A stretch of 64,000 bases of DNA, from assembly GCF_041146345.1 (NCBI RefSeq), contig NW_027191409.1, positions 558,001-622,000 on the forward strand, in the 5' to 3' direction. A program made the translations under genes and the position numbers. This DNA comes from Neodothiora populina (Eukaryota). Below the pieces are notes generated by a model that saw only the letters and a program-made list of their open reading frames with translations, had not been told where the DNA came from and did no database searches. Shown in pieces: positions 36,686 to 49,437 of this stretch (position 1 is the first letter of the stretch; every line of letters begins with the position of its first letter).

Positions 36686-37144
36686 TTGCATATCGGTATT
36701 TTCTCTTATCATATTAATAGCTCACTTATATTACTTCTTCAATGTGATGTGTAGTTTTTGTACAGGAGTTGGATCTTCATTTGACCCATTAGACAGCGTG
36801 AAACTTTGACTGAGAAGGCTGAATGTGTGCAATCAATGCCCTCACCATATTCCCTACAGAAGCAGATAGCCAACTGTGGCCAGTATTGAATAACAGCACA
36901 AAATCGAACATCGTGTCGAGAACAGTCTTCATTAGAATAAGGATAGAGAAAAACGACCAAGTCTCGTCGACCATCAGAAGCAAAGCCCGGATTTCACATG
37001 TTTAGATGTATGTGTATGCGTCATACTCATCAATGTCGTATATGTGCTCTTCCTCCCTCCTTCTCATTTCTCAAGCGTGAATGTACCTAGCTACTTCGAT
37101 CAAGCTCTGTGACCGGTTGATTTTTTGTGCATTCGTGACAATAA

Positions 37145-38674
37145 TCAAACCTTGATGGCGAATTGCTTCATGTATTCGTAGTCTGCGACATTGTCGGCCA
37201 CGGTCTGCTGAATGACCTTGGCTCCTTCATCTCCGTACTTCTCGACCCATTCGGCGTACAGCTGCTCGTCACTCTTTTCTGCTTTCTTCTGTATGATTGT
37301 CAATAACACATTGTATAGACGGATGGCAGCCTGCTTACGTGAGCCCTGGGCTTCAGCTCGGTGGAGTTGATGGCGTCCTCGTGGAATCCTCTCCACTTCT
37401 CAAACGCAGCCTTTGCCCGCTGGTGATCTTCCTCGGTGTCCCAAGTAAGAAGATCCGGGGAGTACTCGATGCCGACACTCTTGCAGAATGTCTCGATAAT
37501 GGCGCTGGGGTTGTCAAGCAGATCGTCGGCGTCAATCACGCAGATATCGACGGCGCCCTCTCTTGCTGCGTCACCATTGGTGCTCGCGCCGTTGGTCTGA
37601 GGTTGACCGGCAACCTTGGGACCAATCTGGCCAATTTCACGCAAGTAGTCAAAGACCCTGCGCTGCTCATCGTAACCTGCTTCAGCTGGCATGAAGTCGT
37701 AGAAGCCGGTGATGTTGTCCAAAGGAGGGACCGTGCACCTAAAGTAGCTGGGGATGCTGTGCTTTGGGTGTCTGATGAGGAAGGCGAAGTGGAATTGCTT
37801 CAACACATCCTCTGGAATGACCGTGGGGTTGCCAGGCTCAGCCTCGGTCGAGTATGGATACGGAGCACCGCCATTGGTGCTCGATCCATTGGTGGTAGCA
37901 CTGGCATCACCGTTGGTGCCTACACCGCGCTTGACCGTGTGCAGAGACGGTGCAATCGATGCTGGCTGTGCCTTTGGAGGTACCAGGTAGTGGGTGATAT
38001 CCTTGATGAAAATGCGCTTGCCCTGGCTCAACTGTAAGTCATTGAACGCGCTACAGCATGGGTGGTTCAAGAATGGCGGAAATCGAATCGAGAGCGTCGA
38101 ATCCGGAATCGCAAGCAAGCTGAATCACTCTCTTTCGAGGTCGTACTTGCAAGAGGAATCAACTCCTATGATTGCTCCGAGGACGTGATAGGAAAAAAAA
38201 AGGGCATCAAAAGAAGGAGAATGCAGGCAAAACAAAAGCATAGTGTGATTGATGATGGTGAGAAACAACGCAAGCGAAGCCGAGGGTGGTTCACGGGCCT
38301 ACAAGGGCTCAGGCGCATGGAACATCAATGCAGCCCGCCTTGAACAGGACAAGGGAAGAAGCACACCTCGCTGTTATCCTTCATGATGTCGTCAAAGATG
38401 GATTTGTATGTGGAATTGACGAAGCCACTCTCTACTCGAGCCTTCTCGTCGTCTTCGTACCTTGAACCCAATCTTTCAGGGCCAAAGTAGAAAGCGTCTC
38501 CAAAGGGCTCGTGGACGCATTTCAGTTTGTCCTGCTGCGTCATGAAAACCTGCAAGGAAAAGTAACACTCAGTTGTCTGCTCGGCCCAAGGACTACATAG
38601 CGGGCACTTACCCGCTCAAAGGCGGTTGAGCATGCCCGGGGATGGGTTGCTACGAAAATGGGTTTGGTCGACAT
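37145..38674 (-). CDS. Sulfotransferase-like P-loop fold protein (resembles the N-terminal domain of BCAT-like proteins)
   Basis: Exons 38674-38612, 38549-38367, 38022-37339 and 37288-37145. MSTKPIFVATHPRACSTAFERVF, HEPFGDAFY, FIKD, FLIRHP, IDADDLLDNP and WRGFHEDAINST. Confidence 0.8.
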
Positions 38675-39894
38675 GGTCGAAATTAGTCTAAAAGATCGGT
38701 AGAGCTATATTTCAAGTCTCTTCCTTTCTATGATATCGAAAAGAAACAAGAAAAGAGAGATTCGTTTGGAGAAAAATGCACACTTTCAAAAGTTAGGGTC
38801 AAAGACACGATGATAGTCCAAGCTCGGAAGCAGAGGGCGGAACGAAGTCAGTTTTTGTAATGTCACCAAAGAGTCAACGAAACCTGTAGCTGGTAGCAAT
38901 TAGGTCCAAGTAGTCGAGTGGTTGAAGCGGGACAATGACGTTTGATTAAACGAGGCTTGCCCACCAACATTAAGGTGTCGGTTTAGCGCCCAAGAGATTT
39001 CTGAAAAAAGGATGCCCAGCCAGAAGTCGACGAATAAAGGGACCGAGGCTGCAAGAAAAAGGGTGGATTTCAAACGGCACAGAGTTCACTGGCTGAGCTA
39101 CTTAGTAGAAGTGATGAGGTGGGTGGGTGGTGCTGGCTCCGCTTGCGTACCTTGCACAGGTACCGTATGAGGGGCAATGAATTCCCCACATGTCCACCAA
39201 GCTCATTGTGGAAAACGTCACTCCAGGCCAGAAAAGTCAAACAGTGCTGCACTTTTTCTCGGTGTGTGAACGTGAGTGCTGGGGCACGGGTCATGCGACT
39301 TTTATGACTTGAAAGACAGGGCGGGGACAACTTGTGCTTGGTTCTAATCCGAGGCGAAGATGATGTGCACTGCAGCATTGTACAGTAGCGACATCACCAA
39401 CGCATGTCACGAATCAATCGAGGGTCTCCACTACTACTTGGCGGTGATATGATATGCATTATGATTACGACAAGACTAATTTCAGAAGCGATGGAGTTTC
39501 TGGTTAGCTATTGAGGTTTGCTAGCATGGGCTAGACTTATGAGTGCCTGTACAGTACTCGAGCAGCACTCTCCTCATGACCCTGACTAAAGATACACCGG
39601 TGGCACATGAGGCTGGACTCGAGTTGGCTGTGCAGGGCATGTACTGTAGACCGGAGAAATCTCGGTTTAATGTCACAAGTCATGATCTTCTATAATCCAG
39701 CAGATAGATTGGTCCAGCGAGACAACACTAACCTCGTGACAACAATGACGTGGCCGGGTTAGAGTTCCCATGATTGCATGTGCTCTGCCTCACATATTAC
39801 GATCTGGTACAGAATGGCCCGGAGTGTTCATGCCCATCCTACGAGCAGTCTTTCTTGTCGCGCAGTCTAGTCGCAGAGAAGCGGAACCTCCACC

Positions 39895-40588
39895 TCAATC
39901 GGCACCGGCATTAGAAAACTCGGCTTGGTAGTACTTCAGCATCGTCAGCATGAGCTGGAGAGATAAGTATCGGACCGCAAGATGCATTAGACGGACATAC
40001 ACACCTCTTTGATGTTCCCTGCCAGCCTTTCATCTCTCAGTCTTGATCTTGGGGGTATCTTCCAATTGTTGGTCTTGTACCACCATCTCCTGATGCGGGC
40101 GCCGACTGTCTGCCCACTGAATTGAGCGGTTTGATTCCAATGCCTCCATCCAGCGAGCGCGAGTGTCCACACGACACCTTGTGTAAGCGGCATGAAGACC
40201 TGAGAATGTAATGTTAGAGATCCGCAATCAAACCCTCTGTAGCTGTGGTGCGTAGCCATCGTACCTGATCTCTGAAAGTAATCCAGGCAACCCTCTGCCA
40301 TGATTCAGCATTCTGGATACTGGCGAGGTAGCTCTGTTCGAATCTCAAGTCCGGCAGCGGCGGCAGTTTGTTTCGTCGAGGCACAGGCCGCAATACCGAG
40401 ACTGGGATTTCATCTTCTTCGACGTCCGACGAGATCTCTGATGGGTCTGGGGATCTGTCTAGTTGTACAGGCTGCTTGTTTGACGCAGCGGTAGATGGGT
40501 TTGCATCGTGTTCCGCAGACGGATTCTGGTTGATGGACGCGGTCTGGATGGTCTCGGCAAGCTGTTGCAGGATGTCTTCCCCCGACAT
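39895..40588 (-). CDS. DUF1770-like fungal protein
   Basis: Exons 40588-40265, 40199-40005 and 39933-39895. LPPLPDLRFEQSYLASI, RDQ|VFMPLTQGVVWTLALAGWRHWN and RRWWYKTNNW. Confidence 0.8.
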
Positions 40589-40956
40589 GTTTCGTAGGCT
40601 CGAGTTTGTCAGACAATTGCGGCAGCTCTGTTCTCTGTATATAGGATTTAGAGTGAATTGAGGTCGATCTTGTTATATATCAAGATGCTATTGCCAGAAG
40701 TAAGATGAAAGTGATGATGCGCTCGGTTGGTGGGCGAATGTACTGTAAGGTAACACCTACTGTAGCTTCTGGCTGATCCATCCACTCTCAAACCCCACAA
40801 TTCGCCCTCGGTCTGCCATGTTTCACCATAATCATCCCAACCCTGCCTACCGATTACACTGCATGTTCCTCCTTCGATAACATTCAGCCTCGAGTAACAA
40901 TACATTGTCACAGCACCTACCGCCTCTCCGGCTTTCTCTACAGCGAACTCATCAAC

Positions 40957-41838
40957 ATGGGTAACGCAAACTCCCAAATGCTCGAGAACCTGGTGCAGGG
41001 CAGCAACTGTAAGCTCCCACACATTGGCACCCCCCAACCGCCTATAAGTCAAGGGGAAGAGTATCGATGCTGACAGTGTGTCAAGTCGACCGCGAGGAGG
41101 TTGATCGATTAAGGAAGAGATTCATGAAACTGGACAAAGTAAGGAGAACCTGACTTGCCTGACATTCGCCATCTGCTGCTCTCGTTCCCCTCTCCTTTTA
41201 TCTTATCATCCCGCCGTGTATACTAGATTGACCCTAACGATGAGCGACCACCACAGGACAACTCGGGCACCATAGAGCGCGAAGAGTTTCTCTCCCTACC
41301 GCAAGTCAATTCGAACCCACTCGCCACCCGCATGATTGCCATTTTCGACGAAGACGGCGGTGGTGACGTCGACTTCCAAGAATTCGTCTCCGGTCTCAGC
41401 GCATTCAGTTCGAAGGGCAACAAGGAGGAGAAGCTGCGTTTTGCTTTCAAGGTCTACGACATCGACCGTGACGGCTACATTAGCAATGGCGAGCTCTTCA
41501 TCGTCCTCAAGATGATGGTCGGCAGTAACCTGAAGGATCAACAATTGCAACAGGTGGGTTATTGTCCCGCAAAAGAAGACACTTTGCATCCTATCGTGTG
41601 GGACTTGGCGGCGACTGACACAGGCGTGCAAAAACACAGATTGTCGACAAGACCATCATGGAGGCCGATCTCGACCGCGACGGCAAGATCAGCTTCGAGG
41701 AGTTCACAAAGATGGTGGAGAACACAGATGTGTCGATGAGCATGACACTCGGTACGTTTCCTTTTAGCTCGAGGTACTACGACGACGACGACCGCTTCAC
41801 ATACTGACAAGAATGTCTCCTATACAGATCAATTCTAG
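40957..41838 (+). CDS. CNB1: Calcineurin regulatory subunit B
   Basis: Six exons: 40957-41008, 41086-41138, 41257-41553, 41640-41751, 41828-41838 plus intervening junctions as listed. MGN myristoylation start and EF-hands ([36 protein letters not shown]); ends MSMTLDQF. Confidence 0.95.
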
Positions 41839-42512
41839 TCTCAAAACCTGGAGTCGTTGTTCTTGAGATACCACGGCGTCTGGAGTTTCCGAGGAAATAT
41901 GTCGCACGCCTGTTGTGGATCAACAGCCTTTTTCTCTTAGAACATACTGGGGTTAGCATCACATCATCTTCTTGAATGCCTGGGTAGAGAGGAGTAATCT
42001 AGGAGAGCGAGGCCCTCTTTCCTGTTTGCTCGTGTCTGCAGCCGAGCTTCTTCTTGTTTGCACGAATGACAAGGAACCTTGCATTGTCGAAAGCATGCTA
42101 TACTCTTATGCAAGCATTCTCTGCTTTTAGCCAAGGCCACGAACGAGAGAACGACCATCACCAAGTCCAAAGCTGTGTTGAGCAAAGGCGAACCAAGATC
42201 TCTGCTGGAAGATGCTTATGCGCCATGTCCACCAGGGTGTGGGATACTTGTTGGCTAGGGCTTGGCGTGGTTGCCCCCTACGATTACTTGCATGTGCATC
42301 GGTCTAGTACATAGAGAGATTAATCTCACAGCCAACCCTTAATGAATCAGATTTACGCAAGGAACGGCACGCTTTCACACAACTGAGATTGTACAGACAA
42401 AGGTTTTTCATTCGTAGTCGAGAGGTCAAACGTACAATGCACAAAGGATCTGCGGCGGTAGAGGTCTGGTCAGACGGTGTTAGTTCAATAGCCCGCGGCA
42501 CTGCCACCATGA

Positions 42513-43994
42513 TTACTTTTTCGTCACCATCTCATCCGTGAACTGCGCATTCACCTCATCCTGTACGTTCTTGCCAGTCCTACCTCTGCCAGAGTAAGTG
42601 GGGCTCTTTCCGAATGGACTGTCGTCCTCGCTAGCTGGACTTTGAGGCACACTGTCGAGGTTGCGACGAGTGCGCTGCATCTGTAAAAGTGAATGGTTAG
42701 CGGTCGCATAAAGTCCTGAAAGTTGATTTGTGCATACCCAACTGCGCACACCACCGACTAGCCCCATCGCATAGCCAGCAGCAAAGTCGCTGTTTCTTCC
42801 GCCGCCATCGATACTGGAGCGCGCGCTACCTGGGACTTCGAGATGACTGAGACGACTCTTTGGCGTCTCGAATGCACCCCTGGCGGGACTGCCTTGTCTA
42901 CTCGGCTGCCAGAACTGGCGCAACTCTTTTCCGAGCTCTTGTCCAGTAGTGGTCCAGTTTGTCTTGATCGAGTCTCGAAGTTCGGCTACATGACGCTTGA
43001 TGTCCAGCTCGTTTTTCTTCAGCCAGGAGATGTTGAGTTCTTGACGAGATGTACCACGTTTGAGTTGGCGCGCGACATATGCCTCGTAGTCACGTACGAT
43101 CCTAGAAACGGCAGTCAGTTACAGAAAGAGCAAACACATTTCGCTGCGTATGCTATCCGACAGTGGAGAGCAAGACTTACTTTGTGATGATTCCAGTCGT
43201 ACTCACGCCCTCAGTTCTCTGGGTGACAAGGAACATGCCCTTCTCCTTGACAGGTTTGTAGATGTCGTCGCCTTCATCGGCGCCGTAGGGAATATCATCG
43301 TGAGCGACGTAGTCAATCTGGTGGCTTTCCAAGAAATCAACACCGACAACCCACGGGCAATCTTCCACGACTTCATCAACCCATTTGCAGTGTCGGACAG
43401 TCTCCGCTCGCTCTTTGCCGCTGAGCACGGTAAGTCCTTTTCTTCGGTGGGTTTCCTTGTCACCAGTGACACCGACAATCAGATAGGTGTTGGGAAAGGC
43501 AGTCTTGGCCTGCTCGAGCTGTCGCATGTGACTGTACAGGTTTAGCAATCCTGGATAATCAATGTAGCAAGACAAGTAACATACCCGAGATGGAAAAGAT
43601 CGAAGACACCGTCAGCATATACCCTCACCGGTCTGCCCTCGGGTGGGGGGTTGGTATGATATCCGACGGGATCAATCAGACCAGCTTTAGGAGGCGCATC
43701 CATTCTCATCTTGCCCGCCTCGCCATTCTCACCGCCGTCATCTGAAGACTGGAACTCCTGGTCATCATCTGTCTTGTCCTCTGATGAACTCTGCTGCTCG
43801 CTCCGAGTCGATCGCGTACGCTTTGCAGGGGGGTCGTCTTTGGTCGATTGATCCTCTACAGACTTCAGGGAGTCGTCAGGCACACTGTCTACAGTCTTTT
43901 CACCAGAAACATCCTGGGGCGCGGGCACTTGCGCTGTCGAATCATCGTTGGCTTGTGACGTCAAGGTAGAGGCTCTCTTGCGCTTAGCTGGCAT
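42513..43994 (-). CDS. PCT1: Choline-phosphate cytidylyltransferase (CCT)
   Basis: Exons 43994-43585, 43531-43181, 43101-42738 and 42680-42513. RVYADGVFDLFHLGH (HxGH), HCKWVDEV, YVAHDD, RTEGVST and ELNISWLKK. Confidence 0.93.
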
Positions 43995-45465
43995 CCTTAC
44001 AATCGCCTATCCGTGGATGTGAAAAAGTGTTGAGAAGTCGTGATGACAAGAGTTGCGTTTGGGGGTTGCAGAACAGAAGTATGAGGGTCAATCAAAGAGC
44101 AAGAAGTAGGAGGCAGAACTGTTATGATTCCATCGAAAGACAAATGAGTCGATTGGCGGATGCAATTGAATATCGTCTTGAGCAAATGTGGAGACGGAGA
44201 AGATGTCCACTGGGCAACCTCTATATATTTTACGTGGATGGGAAAGAATAAATGTGTGTTGTGACACGTCTTATTCCAATGCAGGAGAAGGAAGGTGCAA
44301 GGTAATGTAGGGAGGAGCGTAATTGCAGGTCGCGTCAAGGTTACAGACCGCAAGGCCAAGGTCAAAATGGACACGAACAGGCTGGGAAGTTGTGTTGACT
44401 TGCACCGCTCCGCAAGGGCGTCATGAGACGAGGGCCCAGCCAAGAAACCGGAACATGTCGCAAATTTTATGGGGCCTGAGCCGCATTACTCGAGTTTTTG
44501 TGCTTGATTTGTGCCTTGCACGTGCTTTTGTGCTCCCACCTCACCTTTGCCCTCTGCTTCACACTGAGCTCACTCTGGAAGAAGCCCTGTCGGTTGTCCA
44601 GCTTTGCTTGGCTTGACGCACCGTACAGTTCCCGTGCACCTCGGGGTGAGCTCGAGAACCTGTTCTCATCCCCCAATCTCAGGTACCCGTCTAGAGGGAC
44701 AGTACTTCTACCAGTGCTACTTGTACCTGTGCAGGTAGATCTCACAACCTTATTTCCCGGTCCAGTAGATCCTGTCAGACTTGGTTGTCTAGATCACATT
44801 GTAGAGATACAGTATCAGCCATAATGTCAAGGCATATATCGCCTTTGGTGGACAGGACATACACTTCGAGGACAGCAACCCACTACTACCTATCGACCAT
44901 CTACGGAACGATGTAGACATGTGGGAGCTCTATAAAATGTGTGCTCGGTGTTGTGGATACATTACCTCCGGGAGAGAGGTACAGTATACTATTTTCCGCT
45001 TGACCCCTCACATAGGTCCTCTGGCAACATAGTCTACGTGCTCATGTCGGTCTCCGTTCACCTTGTGTGATTCAGCCAATGGCTTTTCATTCATTCAGAA
45101 CTGTCATCTCGACCCAAGCATATCGGTGATTGTACAACAACAGGCGAGATATGAGAACGAAAACCAGCTTCCGCAGCATTGAAAACAAAAGAAATCATCG
45201 TGCTCTCACATCGGGGTTCTCATTCCCGTTGTCATGGCCGCCCGCTATCCTGACTTCTGTTGTTTTTCTGCCCTGCTATGTGGGTATCTGTTTGATTTCT
45301 TCCTCGTTTGCGAAATCGAACATAAAAGAAAGGCTGCATCGTGTCGTACGGGCTATGATTATCTAGCAAGGTCTGAGAAGGGCTTGATCATCGTCGTCTC
45401 TCCGTTATCCGTCATGATTCAACTTCGTGACCGGTACGTCGACTCCTTCACTGTCGAAGGCCCAT

Positions 45466-47536
45466 TTAAGCCTTGTTGTCGGCAACGGCTTTTAGTTTTG
45501 GATCATCTCCGGCCTGCGCCGCACCAGTCTGAGGTGCAGAAGCCTTCTCGCCCTCCGTCTCCTTGCTTGGTCCAGGGGTCTCCTCTCTGGCACTTTGGCC
45601 CTTCTTGACCTGGCTCTCGAGGTCCTTCTCTTCGTCCGAAGACTGGTCGAACATATCGGCGTCGTTATCATTATCTGCGGATTCTGTCAGAACCTCAGTA
45701 CCATCCCGGAGGAGGATGATGGATCCTCCCCTACCACCAATCATGCGAGTGCGTTGGTCTAGGTCCATCTCGTAATCATCTGGGCTGTCATCAAATCGAT
45801 GGTGAATTCCGGGTCCTCTGAATTCGGCTGTACAGGCTACGTCAGACACATGACCGTCACCGCATTGCCTGTGAGTGGGATACAAGAAGGAGACACACAA
45901 CACACGGTCGCGTCCATAGAGGGGTATCAAATCCATAGCGGCTATCGACGAGGGAAAGAAGGCATATTACAGGAGGAGAATCAAGACTGACCATATTCGG
46001 GTGGTGCGCAGGGACCATCACCTTGAGCGACGCGGTCCGCAATCATCTGATACCACTCGTCCTTTGTTTTGCCATGCAACAGTCCAACAATGGTGATGGT
46101 CATGTTGTCACAACCAACACCGCCCGTCTCGCTGTTAGAAGCCAGGCAGTTGTCCATCATGTTCTCGCAAATGGCAGAGAGCTCTTGCTTTGAAGCGATA
46201 CCTCGGCGCACAAATTCCACAACGGCTTGCGAAGACTGGCAATCCCAGATACCTAGACAGGGCCAGTCAGTGACTGCTCGACCACGTTATAGCAAGGAAA
46301 GAAACATACCATCACAGGCAAGGACGATGAACTCGTCGTCGTCAGTCTGATCGTGAACAGTCACGTCGGGGAAGGCAGTCACAATCTGCTGCTCAGGCGG
46401 CAGATCGGCGCTCTTCTTGAACTCGAAATCTCCGATGGCTCTGGACAAGGCCAGGTTGCCGTTGACACGGCCAAAGTCAACGAAGCCGCCGGCAGCGCAT
46501 ATTCTGGCTTTCTCGCCTGTAGCATAGATGAGTCAGTGATCCAGTTCAAGCCGCCCGATGTGACGGTGGGACTTGCCTTCGTTTTGAGGCTTGTGGTCGA
46601 AAGACAGAGGTTTCGCTCTTCCCTTGACACCCAGGACAGTTCTTGAATCTCCGGCGTTGGCCTGACAGGGTTAGCACTCAAGCATCGTACAAGTGACATA
46701 GGCGAAGGGCCGGTGGCTGCATACAACGTAGATTTTGTCCTTGGTAACGATACCGACGGTGGCTGTGCAACCTGAGACTTCCTCCTCATACTTGGGGTCT
46801 GTGTTCGTGGTGGATCAGCATAAAGACAGGCTCGTAGGATGGTATTCTGGACGGACCACTCAGGATTGATCTATCGATGGCGAGGAAGCCGTCCTTCAGG
46901 GCCTGCTCAAAATTCGCGCTCTTGAAAGCCTCTTGCTTGGCGATGATGTTGTGAAGATGTTCGCCAGTGTACAAAGCGACCTTATCGCCTCCATGGCCAT
47001 CATAAACACCAAAATAGCTGATCCGGAGATCGGAATCGACAGGCTTCAACTCTTCATCGCCCTGGAGTGGTTGTAGATCGAGCACGCATGAATGCGCATC
47101 CTCCATGCTTATTCTCCATCCCTGCATGCTGGAGATACCGTAGATGATGCGGTCATCTTGGCCATTTTCGGAATGCTGTAAGCGCACGCAGTTAGCAGAT
47201 GCCCAAGCGATGCGGATCGCAGGTTGCGAGAGCGACGGTGGGGGCGGGTAGCGGTGATGGCCTCAAGGCTTCCAAGCAAGGACAACAAACGCGAAAGCCT
47301 TGCGCAGAGGTTGCAATCAAGCACACAAGTCCATCGCCACGGTGTATTTGATTGTGCAGCAGCACTCGACAGCGATGTACCGAACGCCAAGATTGCAATG
47401 CATCCTGAAGTGGGATGAAGGACACAGATGATTGATTGGAAGAGGCAGTCTCTGGCGGGAAGCGAGGCGGGAAAGGGACGAGAGTGCAGAAGAGTCATAC
47501 CTTGTCCACAACGGGCTCGGAGAGAGTCTGACCCAT
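45466..47536 (-). CDS. Protein phosphatase 2C, Ptc2/Ptc3-like
   Basis: Exons 47536-47501, 47175-46857, 46798-46725, 46661-46577, 46516-46310, 46252-45992 and 45827-45466. [51 protein letters not shown] and GCDN. Confidence 0.93.
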
Positions 47537-48660
47537 GCTTGATGATGGATTCGGAGGGAGTTGTAAAGATTTACGACTCCGAGAAAGCGTGGCAGAGACT
47601 CGGTTCGATAGTGACTGAAGAAGAGGCAGAGTCAGATGTGCGGTGCTCTCTTGCTTTGTGGAGAAGCGATCTTGCTCCGACGGCCAGAAGCAGTAAGGCA
47701 AAGTCTAGGGCGGGGCTACGTTGACTCTAGACTGATGAGAATCAACAATAATAAAGGGTAAATGCGGACACAGTCACGGCCGTTCTCTCTGCTTTGTGTG
47801 CTCTGGGCGCGTGTTCAGATACCTGTAATCAATAGGCAAACACGGATCTTGTCTTACTTTGTGTGTGAGAATGAAAAAAAAAATTGACCTGTACCTGTAT
47901 ATCTGACACGGGCAAATGATGATAATGTTCTGCTTGATAGACGGGATGTTGGATCGGGCTGTGCGTTACCACAATACTGTTGCAGAGAAGCTCGCGTGCT
48001 GTGGGCTGGACTGTTCCACGCAAAACCCACGTTGAGGAGGGGAGGGGGGCGCAATGTGCAAGAAAGACAGCGAGAAAGGAGGGAGGATGACGTGCGAGGC
48101 GACATTGCTTGGCTTAGGTTGTCACCGCTGGCACTGGCTTCAAGTTGCTTGCATTTCATCATCATCATCACAAGGTAGACGACGCACTGGCTGGATGGCA
48201 TCACCTTACTGACAACATTACCGTACACAGTACCTACCGTACAGCTACCATAGCTTGTCCTCGTATTTCGTCTTTATTCTTATGTACAGTGCATAGCATA
48301 GTAATCTAAGTATTTTCCTGCACGGCTTCTCCATCCAGGTAGGATAGTTGCATTCCTGCACTTGTCCAGTCGCAGCAGTAGAAGCACTGCACTTTGATAT
48401 CATTGTACTTTATCCCTTTTTGTTCTTGTATAAGTTCGGTCTTTGCTAGTATGCCATCAATGCGGAATCCGCGAACAGAGCGATTACAATCGGAGGGATC
48501 ATTTGAGCTCATGGTCAACGCATGGTGTTGCACAAGAATACATCTCTATATCGTTACATAGTCAGACAAGGCCGCAACCCTTATTGTACAGAACTTTTTG
48601 CAGCACATTCCTCGACCCGGCAGCCTGATGTCCCAGCACTATAGGCTGCGCCGCGTTCAT

Positions 48661-49437
48661 TCAGTGCCTTCGCTTGCCAATATTCCAACCCCAGCTCCTC
48701 AGTGTCTTGACCACCTTTGGCGTGAGGCCGGCTGTTAGGGGAACGCGAATGAAGATGAGTGATTTGTGTAGAGCGTATGCAAGAGCAAGCTGAGTCCATA
48801 TTGCTGGAAGGCGAAGAGTGGTCAGCTACTCTGCCAAACTTAACTCACTGCACGTACACTTACCTGCGGAACCAGTTTTGGCTGCTCCTGCTCCCTCGCT
48901 GTTCAATTCTGCTCCTTCTCTGCTAAGCTCGGTCTCGCCTTCGCTCGGCTTTCCTAGTATCTTTGAACGAGCGTCCGGGTACACGCTTTCGACTCCTTTC
49001 CAGAAAGTCTCCAGTACCACATGCTCCCAGTGGCCTATCCTGTCCGTGCCGAGCCACCTCACGGCCAAGAAACAGAGCGGGAAATCAAGCGCGGAAAGGC
49101 CCAGGTATACTCCTAGTGCGGACCAGCCATATTCTCTTGAGAGTTTCTTCATGCGCGCCGACAGTGACGAAGGCTCTGGACTTCCCAGATGTTCCGTGGG
49201 ATTTGGTGATGGCTTAGAGCTCTGCCATCGGACTCCTCGCTTGCCAGGGGTCCATTTTACCCGTGAAAAGAAGTTGGTTGCTGATTGCGTGTGATTCGTA
49301 CGGTACGAACCCACCTCTTGTGCAATCTTCCATCTCTGTATAGTGTTCCAACTCTTGTAGCGAAAGGTGCCGGGCGCGAGTGCCTGTCGGCCAGACAAAA
49401 TGCCGAAGCGCTGCTGCAAAGGCCTCAAGAACTCCAT
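48661..49437 (-). CDS. Mitochondrial DUF1279/FAM210-like protein (fungal Nat2-like)
   Basis: Exons 49437-48864 and 48803-48661. LSARMKKLSREYGWSALGVYLGLSALDFP and IWTQLALAYALHKSLIFIRVPLTAGLTPKVVKTLRSWGW. Confidence 0.85.

Noticed and set aside
37297..38037. 246-aa + strand ORF
   Set aside because: Antisense shadow of the P-loop gene exon 3.
38023..38366. Possible TPP riboswitch in the long intron (contains CTGAG)
   Set aside because: Lacks the CTGAGA and GAACCTGAT...TAAT...GCG aptamer consensus, and the gene is not thiamine-related.
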